Below are positions 1 through 8,676 of a DNA stretch of 32,000 nt, piece after piece. Origin of the DNA: Candidatus Micrarchaeum sp. (GTDB lineage Archaea; Micrarchaeota; Micrarchaeia; Micrarchaeales; Micrarchaeaceae); contig NZ_CP060530.1 in NCBI RefSeq assembly GCF_016806735.1, forward strand, positions 300,001 to 332,000, written 5' to 3'. The position numbers were made by a program, and so were the translations under genes. How positions within the stretch are numbered: the first letter of the stretch is position 1; every line of letters begins with the position of its first letter. The notes beneath the pieces were generated by a model that saw only the letters and a program-made list of their open reading frames with translations, ran no database searches and was not told the DNA's origin.

Positions 1-1
1 C

Positions 2-703
2 GAAGAGCTCGGCTTTTCCCCTGCGGATGCTGGCATATATACCCTGGAGCAGCTTGAGCCAGACGTGAGCGGCCCTGAGGCCATGGTCAAAAGAATAGCA
101 AGGGAAGTATCCATAATAATAGACGACGGAAAGGTCCCGCTTCTGCTCGGCGGCGAGCACACTGTTGCGCTAGGTGCGGTCATGGCAATTGCCAATGCGG
201 GAGATGACTTCAGCGTGCTGCATTTCGATGCACATTCCGATTCGCGTGAGGAATTCATGAACAGCAAATATTCGCACGCGTGCGTAATGGCTAGAATAAG
301 GGATATGTGCAAGAGCACATACAGCGTAGGGGTAAGGAGCATAGACGAGCAGGGCTATTCTAAGTATTCAAAAGACATACTCTACATGAAAGATATGCGC
401 AGCATGTCGGACAAGATGATAGCAGAATCTATATCCAAGCACGTAAAGAAGAACGTTTACATAACTATAGACTTGGACGTGCTGGATCCATCTGAAATGC
501 CAAGCGTGGGAACACCAGAGCCCGGAGGCATGAGGTACACAAGCCTAATTAACATCCTCTCCGGGGTCTTAAAAGGGAGAAAACTTATAGGTGCCGATAT
601 CTCAGAGCTTGCGCCAATACCGGGGATTAGGGCTCCGGACTATCTTGCAGCAAAGCTGGCTTATGAGCTCGTCGGCATGGCTACTCTAGGCACCCGCAAA
701 TAG
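2..703 (+). CDS. speB: Agmatinase / arginase-family ureohydrolase, 5'-truncated by the window edge
   Basis: The frame stays open from nt 2 with no stop upstream of the listed GTG at 65. Arginase-family Mn-binding motifs are present: GGEHTV, HFDAHSD, DLDVLDP, ISELAP. The visible length of about 233 aa compares with about 290 aa typical. Confidence 0.85.
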   Translation, partial: EELGFSPADAGIYTLEQLEPDVSGPEAMVKRIAREVSIIIDDGKVPLLLGGEHTVALGAVMAIANAGDDFSVLHFDAHSDSREEFMNSKYSHACVMARIRDMCKSTYSVGVRSIDEQGYSKYSKDILYMKDMRSMSDKMIAESISKHVKKNVYITIDLDVLDPSEMPSVGTPEPGGMRYTSLINILSGVLKGRKLIGADISELAPIPGIRAPDYLAAKLAYELVGMATLGTRK

Positions 704-712
704 GTGCAGCAA

Positions 713-1330
713 ATGAAAGTTATACTTGCACGGCACGGCAACACAGAAGCAAACAACGCAGCTGTGCATCAGTCGCCTGATACTCCGCTCTCAAAAGAAG
801 GCATAGCGCAATCCGAAGCCCTCGCAAAAAAGCTGGCCAGCGTCGATATAGACTATATAATATCCAGCCCCTACGCGAGAGCCCGTCAGACTGCCGAGAT
901 AATAGGCAAAAAGCTGAATAAGCAAATAGAATACGATGACTTGCTCGCGGAAATAATCAGGCCAAAGGAATTCGTAGGCAAACGAATGGACGATCCTGAA
1001 GTGGGGAAAATCCTTGAGGAGATAGAAAAACACGCCAAAAATCCAGAATGGCGCTACCCGGAATCGGAAAACCTGAACGATTTCATAACCAGGGTGGGAA
1101 AATTCGTAAAACGCCTTGAGGGCACAGACTATGGCACTGTACTTGTAGTCACGCACAGTGCCGTAATAAAAACAATGATAACCGTGTGCATGCTTGGCCC
1201 GGATATCGATATTGGGCATTATTCAAGGATTCTTGATTTTCTGCACACAAAGAATACCGGCATAAGCGAGCTGAGATATGACGATTCTGGCTGGGGGCTA
1301 ATGACCTACAACGACATGTCACACCTCTGA
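713..1330 (+). CDS. Histidine phosphatase superfamily protein (phosphoglycerate-mutase-like)
   Basis: N-terminal RHGNTEAN (RHG catalytic motif) and a downstream VVTHSAVI histidine. The ATG at 713 gives the typical MKVILARHG N-terminus. An in-frame GTG at 704 is an alternative start. Confidence 0.8.
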   Translation: MKVILARHGNTEANNAAVHQSPDTPLSKEGIAQSEALAKKLASVDIDYIISSPYARARQTAEIIGKKLNKQIEYDDLLAEIIRPKEFVGKRMDDPEVGKILEEIEKHAKNPEWRYPESENLNDFITRVGKFVKRLEGTDYGTVLVVTHSAVIKTMITVCMLGPDIDIGHYSRILDFLHTKNTGISELRYDDSGWGLMTYNDMSHL

Positions 1331-1377
1331 GCGCCCAGAATACTTAAAGCTGAATGTGATCTGGCTTTGCATCAATA

Positions 1378-1959
1378 TCATGCGCTCTTCTTCCCGTGCT
1401 CCTTTGCCTTTTCTTCCTTTTCGCGCTGCTCTATTTCATTGAGCACTTTTTCGACTTTGCTCCTGAGCTCATCGATGCTGCCCGAGTTTCTTATGGTGTA
1501 CTTTGCATGCTCCATGGCGCTCGCTATCCCAAACTGCTTTTCCTTCTCCTCCCTATTTTCAAAATCTGAATAATTTTTTGGGTCGTCTTCCCTCTTTCGC
1601 TCCACGAGCCTGTCGAACCTCATCATCTTCGGGGCTACCACCGATATTATCGTAACGTTTTCCAGCGTCTTGAAATACTTTGCCTCGTCTGCGCTCCTGA
1701 GACCCACTATGAGTATGTCCTTTGCCGGGAGCTTCCTTATCTTTTCTATGGTCCATCGTGCCACGACGTCATTGCCATATTCCTTTCTGGCGTTCAGCGA
1801 GAAATTGCGTATGCTGTCCTTGTTAACTTCTATCCCGTTCTCCGCCATCCTCTCCTTGACCGATGCACTCATCTCCACTTCCTTGAAGCCCTTAGTCGCG
1901 AGCATCTCTCCAACGAGGCTTTTTCCTGCTCCAGGCATCCCTGTTATGCATATTATCAT
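1378..1959 (-). CDS. P-loop nucleotide kinase-like protein (UPF0200 / dephospho-CoA-kinase-like family)
   Basis: Walker A ITGMPGAGKS lies directly after the internal Met (MIICITGMPGAGKS). The size and layout fit small archaeal adenylate/CoaE-like kinases. The ORF-track start at 2010 adds 17 poorly fitting residues. Confidence 0.7.
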   Translation of the reverse strand: MIICITGMPGAGKSLVGEMLATKGFKEVEMSASVKERMAENGIEVNKDSIRNFSLNARKEYGNDVVARWTIEKIRKLPAKDILIVGLRSADEAKYFKTLENVTIISVVAPKMMRFDRLVERKREDDPKNYSDFENREEKEKQFGIASAMEHAKYTIRNSGSIDELRSKVEKVLNEIEQREKEEKAKEHGKKSA

Positions 1960-1974
1960 TATAATCGCGTAGAG

Positions 1975-2418
1975 TTGGATGCAAAAACTATTATTATTTA
2001 TCAGGCTCAAAGCTATGCAGGTGCTGAATTGCCAACATCTGGTCTTGTATGCCCAAAGTGCAAATACCGGTTCAACTACGAGTTTATCCCAGGAGCTTCA
2101 CTCACTTCAATAAGGTTCGGCAGCAAAAGGTACATGTGCTGCCCGAAATGCAACAAGTGGGCAATGTTTGACCTGTCAAAATATCCAGTTAACGGCCTTC
2201 CAAAGTATTCGGATTCTAAAGCGTTAGCAAGATATGCGCCGTTTTTGATAGTCCCTCTTTTCGCATGGGCTGTTTTTCTTGTCCTTATATCAAATTCGCT
2301 AGTGGGTTACGGCTCAGCAGCGATAATGGCAATATCGATAATGCCTGCCATAGTGCTTGCAATAGCTCCAATACTATTCATAACAAAAAAGGCGCGACTC
2401 GTAAAGCTCAAAAGCTGA
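1975..2418 (+). CDS. Zinc-ribbon membrane protein, function unknown
   Basis: Two CPKC motifs (CPKCKYRF ... CCPKCNKW) form a Cys4 zinc ribbon, followed by two hydrophobic helices. Only TTG starts (1975 or 2032) lie upstream of the first CPKC, so the start is uncertain. Confidence 0.45.
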   Translation: MDAKTIIIYQAQSYAGAELPTSGLVCPKCKYRFNYEFIPGASLTSIRFGSKRYMCCPKCNKWAMFDLSKYPVNGLPKYSDSKALARYAPFLIVPLFAWAVFLVLISNSLVGYGSAAIMAISIMPAIVLAIAPILFITKKARLVKLKS

Positions 2419-3696
2419 TTATGCCTGGGTTTTCGTGGCAACCTTTTCTAGCTTCATTTCCCTCTTTATTATCTTCGCGGCATTTTTCTTTATTGCGCTT
2501 ATGTCAAGTTCGCTGTGCCTTGAGTTGCCCGACTTTATGGCACTAGCAGCCACGGCGCTCGCCACGCTAGACAGCACGTCTATCATCTCCTTGGCGCTAT
2601 ACGGTGCAGGCAATATATGTTCAACGCCAAGCTCCTTGCCAACGCACTTTGCAAGTGCCTTGGAAGCTTCATATAGCATGTCATAATCAACGTGTTTTGC
2701 TCCGGAATCAAGCAGGCCGCGCATTATGTTCGGAAAGCTCAACACGTTGTTTACCTGGTTCGGAGTATCGGATCTGCCGGTTGCCACTATGAAAGCCCCT
2801 GCATCTTTTGCGTCCTTATAGGATATTTCAGGTACTGGATTTGCAAGTGCAAACACTATCGGCTTTTCAGCCATTTTCTGTATTATTTCTTTCGTAAAAA
2901 CTCCCGCACTCGAAACCCCTATCAGTACGTCAGCCTTTTCGGCTATTTCTGCAAGGCTTCCCTGCAGCTTTTCCCTATTGGTCAGCGTCGCTATTTCCTG
3001 CTTGAATTCGTTCATTCTTTCCTTGCGCCCGTCGTATATAGCGCCTACGGTGTCGACTACGTAAATGTTTTTTATTTTCATATAACTCAAGAGCCTAACT
3101 ATGCCCATCCCTGCCGCTCCCGCTCCGTTTATTACTATTTTGATTTTTGTTATATCCTTGCCTGCTAGCTTCAGTGCGTTTATAAGCGCAGCCACTGCAA
3201 CCATTGCCGTGCCGTGCTGGTCGTCGTGAAGTATCGGAATTTCTAGTTCTTTAGAAAGCCTGTCTACTATTCTGAAGCATTTGGGCGACTCTATATCCTC
3301 GATATTGAAACCTCCAAATCCCGGGGCCAGAGCCTTTACGATGCTTATTATAGCCTCTTCCTCCTGCGTGTCCAGGCATATCGGCACCGCATCAACGCCT
3401 CCATACTTCTTGAAGAGCATTGCCTTGGCTTCCATGACCGGCAGCCCTGCCTCTGGGCCTATGTTGCCGAGGCCCAATATCCTGCTGCCATCTGTTATTA
3501 TGGCCACGTTGTTGGGTTTTCCTGTATATGTATAAACTTTGGATTTGTCATTCTTTATTGCGTTTGATATGACCGCAACTCCAGGGGTATACCTGAGCGC
3601 CAGATCCTCCCTGCTGTCCACTTTAACCTTGGGTATTATCTCTATTGCTCCCTTGGATGTTTCGTAAGCTTTAAGCACGTCTTCGTCAGTAGGCAT
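2419..3696 (-). CDS. NAD(P)-dependent malic enzyme (short prokaryotic form)
   Basis: 425 aa with RYTPGVA, GLGNIGPEAGLPVMEAK and the Rossmann motif INGAGAAG. This is the typical ~400-430 aa malic enzyme without a PTA domain. Confidence 0.9.
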   Translation of the reverse strand: MPTDEDVLKAYETSKGAIEIIPKVKVDSREDLALRYTPGVAVISNAIKNDKSKVYTYTGKPNNVAIITDGSRILGLGNIGPEAGLPVMEAKAMLFKKYGGVDAVPICLDTQEEEAIISIVKALAPGFGGFNIEDIESPKCFRIVDRLSKELEIPILHDDQHGTAMVAVAALINALKLAGKDITKIKIVINGAGAAGMGIVRLLSYMKIKNIYVVDTVGAIYDGRKERMNEFKQEIATLTNREKLQGSLAEIAEKADVLIGVSSAGVFTKEIIQKMAEKPIVFALANPVPEISYKDAKDAGAFIVATGRSDTPNQVNNVLSFPNIMRGLLDSGAKHVDYDMLYEASKALAKCVGKELGVEHILPAPYSAKEMIDVLSSVASAVAASAIKSGNSRHSELDISAIKKNAAKIIKREMKLEKVATKTQA

Positions 3697-3748
3697 TATT
3701 ACACCATTTTAACGCTAGTATAGAATTTGCAGCTTTTAATAACCAACC

Positions 3749-5146
3749 CTATTTTTCTTTACCATCATTTGCCTGTTTCTTAGGGTCCAGTATCATTTCA
3801 AGCTTGCTCTTTTCCATTATTTTCATCTCAATGCATACCTGCTTAACGCTTTTGCCTTCGTCATAGGCTTTGACTGCTATCTCGGCTGCCTTGGCGTAGC
3901 CTATGTATGGGCTGAGCGCAGTAACCAAAGAGGTGTCCATCTCCAAGTTTTTTGCAATCTCCCTTTTGTTGGGCCTTATGCCTATTATGCATCTGGAATC
4001 GAAAGCGTTGATGCCGTTGGATAATATCTTAACTGAGAAAAGCAGGTTGTAAGCTATAACCGGCATGAAAACGTTCAGCTCGAGCTGGCCAGAGTTGGCC
4101 GCTTCCCTCACTGTGTGCATGCTGCCCATTACGTTGAAGCACACCATGTTCAGCATCTCAGCCATGCTAGGGTTTATCTTGCCTGGCATTATCGAAGAGC
4201 CCGGCTGCACAGCAGGGAGCACGAGCTCGTTGAGTCCGGCTCTTGGCCCTGAGCCAAGCAGCCTGACATCGTTGGCTATCCTGTTGAGCGCTATTGCAAC
4301 ATCCTCCAGCGCGTTAGCTACTTCAAGCTCTGCATGCTCGCTTTGCATTGCAGCGAAGGTATTTGCCGATTTCTTGAACCTGTGCCCCGTTAGCCTGTTG
4401 AGCTCGGCTATTGCGTATTCCGAATAGCCTTTGGGCGTGTTCAATCCGGTGCCAACTGCAGTGCCGCCCAAAGGGAGCTCAAGCATCGAGCCCAGCGCCC
4501 TGGAAAGCTCTTCCCGCACGTGCTTAACTGATCCAGCCCAGCCATGAAATTCCTGGCCAAGCGTCATAGGTACAGCATCTTGGAGATGGGTTCTGCCTAT
4601 CTTGTATATGTGTGAAAACTCCTTTGCCTTTGCCGAAAGGCTCTTTTCGATATTGTCAAGCGCCGGAATAAGCCACTTGCCCATGTAATCGTAAGCCGAT
4701 ATCCTTATTACGCAATGATAAGTATCGTTAGTCGATTGTGACATGTTTACGTGGTCGTTGGGATGCACAATCTTGTAGTCGCCTTTTTTGCCGCCAAGAA
4801 TTTCTATGGCTTTGTTGGCTATTACCTCGTTGACATTCATGTTTGTGCTCGTTCCTGCGCCCGCCTGAAATACGTCAAGGACAAACTGGTCGGAAAGATT
4901 GTCTGAAGCTACAAACTCTGCGGCTTTCATTATGGCATCGGCCCTCTTTTTGTCAAGCTTGCCAGCCTTCATATTTGCATAAGCTGTAGCACGCTTGAGC
5001 GTTGCATAAAATCTAATGAATTCGTCCTGCACTCTTATCCCGGATATCTGGAAATTCATCCTTGCTCTCTCCGTCTCAGAGCCGTAATAAGCCTCGGAAT
5101 CTATCCTTACGCTTCCCAAAACATCCTTCTCGATCCTATAATCCAT
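3749..5146 (-). CDS. fumC: Class II fumarate hydratase
   Basis: 465 aa with the fumarate lyase signature GSSIMPGKINP, plus the TNMNVNEV and HPNDHVN motifs. Confidence 0.92.
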   Translation of the reverse strand: MDYRIEKDVLGSVRIDSEAYYGSETERARMNFQISGIRVQDEFIRFYATLKRATAYANMKAGKLDKKRADAIMKAAEFVASDNLSDQFVLDVFQAGAGTSTNMNVNEVIANKAIEILGGKKGDYKIVHPNDHVNMSQSTNDTYHCVIRISAYDYMGKWLIPALDNIEKSLSAKAKEFSHIYKIGRTHLQDAVPMTLGQEFHGWAGSVKHVREELSRALGSMLELPLGGTAVGTGLNTPKGYSEYAIAELNRLTGHRFKKSANTFAAMQSEHAELEVANALEDVAIALNRIANDVRLLGSGPRAGLNELVLPAVQPGSSIMPGKINPSMAEMLNMVCFNVMGSMHTVREAANSGQLELNVFMPVIAYNLLFSVKILSNGINAFDSRCIIGIRPNKREIAKNLEMDTSLVTALSPYIGYAKAAEIAVKAYDEGKSVKQVCIEMKIMEKSKLEMILDPKKQANDGKEK

Positions 5147-5254
5147 GAAAACACCAACGTTAATAATTGCGGAATTACATCTTAAACGCTTTTCTGAAAA
5201 TGCGGCACTGAAGCCGATTATTTACCTAGCAAATCAAATCACGTTTATATTTCT

Positions 5255-5264
5255 TTTTATATCA
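5255..5264 (+). promoter_or_regulatory. Candidate TATA box for the sdh operon
   Basis: tttttatatc lies about 30-38 nt upstream of the sdhA TTG start, in the A/T-rich divergent intergenic region shared with fumC. Confidence 0.3.
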
Positions 5265-5292
5265 AATAGTCTAATTGGTTTAGGGTAATATT

Positions 5293-7011
5293 TTGGCGGA
5301 ATATGAGGTTGTCGAATCAGACATACTTATAATAGGCGCTGGCGGTGCAGGCATGCGTGCTGCTCTCGCAGCACTTTCAAACGGCGCGAATGCAGTAATA
5401 ATATCAAAATCCGTGCTTGGCAAGGCCCATACCGTAATGGCTGAGGGCGGCATAGCAGCCTCCGTCGGCAACGTAGATTCAAAGGACAACTGGCAGGTGC
5501 ATTTTTCAGACACTATGGTCGAAGGCGTTTACCTTTCAAACTGGCGCATGGCCGAGCTTCTGGCAAAAGAAGCTCCGGAAAGGGTCTTCGAGCTGGAGCG
5601 CTTCGGCGCGATATTCGACAGGACCAAAGAAGGCAAGATAATGCAAAGAGCTTTCGGAGGCCACACATACAGGAGGCTCTGCCACGTCGGCGACAAGACA
5701 GGGCTTGAAATAATAAGGACGTTAGAGGATCAGATAATACATAAAAATGTAAAGGTGATGGACGAGATATACATCACCAAGCTTTTCAAGGACGGAGATT
5801 CGTTCTCAGGCGCACTAGGGCTTTCAATGCGCGAAGGCAAGTTCTATCTTTTCAAGGCCAAGGCTCTCATAATATCGACAGGGGGTTGTGGTAGGGTATT
5901 CAAGATCACTTCCAATTCATGGGAATCAACCGGAGACGGGCTTGGGCTTGCTTACAAAATAGGGGTAGAACTGCAGGACATGGAAATGATACAGTTCCAT
6001 CCAACTGGTATGGTATATCCTCCTGGCGTTGCAGGGCTGCTGGTTACCGAAGGCGTGCGTGGAGAGGGTGGCATCCTTACAAACACAAAGGGCGAGCGCT
6101 TCATGCTAAGGTACTCGCCAGAAAAGAAGGAGCTTGATGCAAGGGACGTTGTGGCGCGATCAATATATTATGAAATACAGGCCGGAAGAGGCACGGAGCA
6201 TGGAGGAGTGTACCTTGACATAAGCCAGAAGGGTGCAGACTTCATAAAAAAGAAGCTTCCAGGCATGTATTCGCAGTTCAAGGAATTTGCAGGCGTGGAC
6301 ATAACAAAGGAAAAAATGGAGGTTGGTCCTACTGTGCACTATCAGATGGGTGGAATAAAGGTAGAAGCAGAAACCGGTGCGACTAACATAAAAGGCGTTT
6401 TCTCTGCAGGCGAGGTTGCTTCAGGGCTTCATGGCGCCAACAGGCTCGGCGGAAACTCGCTGGCTGACATACTGGTTTTCGGCAAGCGCACAGGGGAGGC
6501 CGCAAGCAAATACGTCAAGAATGCAAAACCGGGAAAAGTTAAAGATGCCGATGTGGCTTCAGCAATAAACGAAGTGAAAGCTTTCATAAAGTCCGGAGGA
6601 AAGAACCCAAATGTGCTAATCGAACAACTGCGCGAAAAAATGTCAAGCAATGTGGGCATAATGAGGAACGAAAAGGACCTTCAGGATGCGCTTGAAACTA
6701 TAGAGTCGATAAAATCACAATTCAAGGATGTCGGAGTATCTGGCCAGTTCGTATACAACAAAGGCCTACTGGCTTGCCTTGAGCTTGGCAACATGCTCAT
6801 AGCTACTGAAGCCATAGTCAGAAGCGCCATAATGCGCAAGGAGAGCAGGGGAGCCCATACTAGGAGCGACTACCCAAAGAAGTCGAAAGAATGGCTTAAG
6901 AATATAATATGCAGCATAAGTGCCGACGGAAGCATGTCGCTTTCAACCGTGCCTCTCAAGGAAATGCCGGTAGAACTCAAGAAACTTGTAAAGCCCGAGG
7001 TATATCAATGA
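5293..7011 (+). CDS. sdhA: Succinate dehydrogenase / fumarate reductase flavoprotein subunit
   Basis: 572 aa with FAD-binding IIGAGGAGMRAA, plus the HPTG, RGEGG and SRGAHTRSDYP motifs. The start appears to be TTG, with no in-frame ATG nearby. Confidence 0.92.
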   Translation: MAEYEVVESDILIIGAGGAGMRAALAALSNGANAVIISKSVLGKAHTVMAEGGIAASVGNVDSKDNWQVHFSDTMVEGVYLSNWRMAELLAKEAPERVFELERFGAIFDRTKEGKIMQRAFGGHTYRRLCHVGDKTGLEIIRTLEDQIIHKNVKVMDEIYITKLFKDGDSFSGALGLSMREGKFYLFKAKALIISTGGCGRVFKITSNSWESTGDGLGLAYKIGVELQDMEMIQFHPTGMVYPPGVAGLLVTEGVRGEGGILTNTKGERFMLRYSPEKKELDARDVVARSIYYEIQAGRGTEHGGVYLDISQKGADFIKKKLPGMYSQFKEFAGVDITKEKMEVGPTVHYQMGGIKVEAETGATNIKGVFSAGEVASGLHGANRLGGNSLADILVFGKRTGEAASKYVKNAKPGKVKDADVASAINEVKAFIKSGGKNPNVLIEQLREKMSSNVGIMRNEKDLQDALETIESIKSQFKDVGVSGQFVYNKGLLACLELGNMLIATEAIVRSAIMRKESRGAHTRSDYPKKSKEWLKNIICSISADGSMSLSTVPLKEMPVELKKLVKPEVYQ

Positions 7012-7757
7012 AAGATAAGATCACCATAAGCATATTCAGGAAGGATCCGGCATCCGGAGAAGAGGGCAAATTCGTGGACTACGAGGTTCCGGTAAAAGAG
7101 GGTATGGTGGTTCTGGATGCCGTCAACTATGTTACAGAAAACATGGATACGACTCTGGCTGTCAGGTGGAATTGCAAGGCTGCAAGGTGCGGCTCATGCG
7201 CAGCCGAAATAAACAACAGGCCCGCTCTCATGTGCAAGACAAGAATAGATATCCTTGGCGATAAGATAAAAGTAGCGCCAATGGCAGCATTTCCGTTGGT
7301 AAAAGACTTGGTCACTGACGTTTCTGAAAATTTTGAGACTGACCGCAAGATTCCAGGATTTACGCCGAGAGAAGGCGTAGAAAGCCCATGGATAATACCG
7401 CAGATGGACGTAGACAGGACAAAGGAATTCAGGACGTGCATAGAGTGCTTCCTGTGCATGGACGTGTGCCACGTCGTAAGGGAGCACAAAAAGGACTATG
7501 TGGGCCCACGCCATGTAATCAAAGCTGCATCGCTCGACATGCACCCGATGGATACCGTTGACAGGTCCAAGTACCTGAACAAGGAGGGCGGCCTAGGGTA
7601 TTGCAACATAACAAAGTGCTGCCAGGAGGTATGCCCTGAGCACATAAAGATAACAGACAACGCAATAATACAGGAGAAAGAAAGGGCAGTTGACAACTAC
7701 TATGACCCAATAGCGATGTTCCTAAAGAAACTATCAAAAAAACCAAAAGTTGATTGA
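7008..7757 (+). CDS. sdhB: Succinate dehydrogenase iron-sulfur subunit
   Basis: The ATG at 7008 overlaps the sdhA TGA (ATGA). Three Cys clusters are present: CKAARCGSCA, CIECFLCMDVC, CNITKCCQEVCP. The ORF-track start at 6909 lies inside sdhA and is rejected. Confidence 0.9.
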   Translation: MKDKITISIFRKDPASGEEGKFVDYEVPVKEGMVVLDAVNYVTENMDTTLAVRWNCKAARCGSCAAEINNRPALMCKTRIDILGDKIKVAPMAAFPLVKDLVTDVSENFETDRKIPGFTPREGVESPWIIPQMDVDRTKEFRTCIECFLCMDVCHVVREHKKDYVGPRHVIKAASLDMHPMDTVDRSKYLNKEGGLGYCNITKCCQEVCPEHIKITDNAIIQEKERAVDNYYDPIAMFLKKLSKKPKVD

Positions 7758-8474
7758 TTGGGAATTTACAAATCTCTGCATAACATACTTCCTTCCGAGT
7801 TCATAGAGCCTAACTGGAGGTTCTACTCTTTTGTATTCCTAATAGCTTTTACAATAGCGATGATGCTGGAATTTCCTGTCAAGCCATATCACGGGATAAT
7901 AGACCCATTCTATTCGCCAACTATACTCGTACTCCCATTTGTAGGTTTATTCAGGCTCACATGCTACGCATACAGGAAGGACTATCACAGGCACATATTC
8001 AAGCATCCAGTGTCTTGCGCACTCGACAACAGAGGGGATTCCGCCTCGAGGGATTATACTGGCGAAACAAAGTTCTTCAGGGTTGAAAACCTGCACAGGT
8101 ATTTCATGTATTTCGGAGTAGCGATACTGCCATTTTTCTTCTATGATTTTTACCTGTCCATAACTTTCGGCGGAGGGATCATAATAAGGCTTGCAAGCCT
8201 GATACTTCTTGCAAACGCCATAATGGTTACCCTTTGGGTATTTTCCTGCCATGCCGTTCGCCACCTGACGGGCGGCAGGATGGACTGCTACGGATGCAGG
8301 TTTGCCGGAAAGCAGAAGAATTCCTTTTTCAACCTCCAGTCAAAATTCAATTCCCACCACGAGGCTTTGGCGTGGTCCAGCTTGATATTGTTCGTATTCG
8401 TAGACTTGTACATAAGGGCACTCTCTGCTGGAATACCGCTTGACGTAACATTGCTGCACATAGCGCACATATAA
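7758..8474 (+). CDS. Putative SDH membrane anchor: 5-TM protein with a Cys/His-rich motif
   Basis: The TTG start directly abuts the sdhB stop. About 5 hydrophobic helices are present. Conserved-looking His/Cys residues include RHIFKH, NLHRYF and SCHAVRHLTGGRMDCYGC. The assignment rests on operon position and topology only. Confidence 0.5.
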   Translation: MGIYKSLHNILPSEFIEPNWRFYSFVFLIAFTIAMMLEFPVKPYHGIIDPFYSPTILVLPFVGLFRLTCYAYRKDYHRHIFKHPVSCALDNRGDSASRDYTGETKFFRVENLHRYFMYFGVAILPFFFYDFYLSITFGGGIIIRLASLILLANAIMVTLWVFSCHAVRHLTGGRMDCYGCRFAGKQKNSFFNLQSKFNSHHEALAWSSLILFVFVDLYIRALSAGIPLDVTLLHIAHI

Positions 8475-8478
8475 AGAA

Positions 8479-8661
8479 ATGATGGTAACGATGAAAAAGA
8501 TATTGCCTTCGGAATACCGTTATCCGATATTCTTCCTTGCATTCATGGTGATATGCGCAGCTGGGCTTCTCTCAAAATACGCCGGGCTCAAGCTCGAATA
8601 TACTGCGATAATGGCTGCTATTGGCTTCCTTATGTTCCTTTTTTCCATAACGCTGCCATAA
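8479..8661 (+). CDS. Small 2-TM membrane protein, possible accessory SDH subunit
   Basis: 60 aa with two hydrophobic helices, starting 4 nt after the preceding gene. No recognisable motif. Confidence 0.35.
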   Translation: MMVTMKKILPSEYRYPIFFLAFMVICAAGLLSKYAGLKLEYTAIMAAIGFLMFLFSITLP

Positions 8662-8676
8662 AAACGCATTGCCAGC

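Noticed and set aside
6909-7007. N-terminal extensions given by the ORF track: sdhB from 6909, thiolase from 21143, LbH from 17550, histone from 11275, kinase from 2010.
   Set aside because: In each case an internal ATG gives the family-typical N-terminus and removes the overlap with the upstream gene or promoter box. The extensions have no homology-like features.
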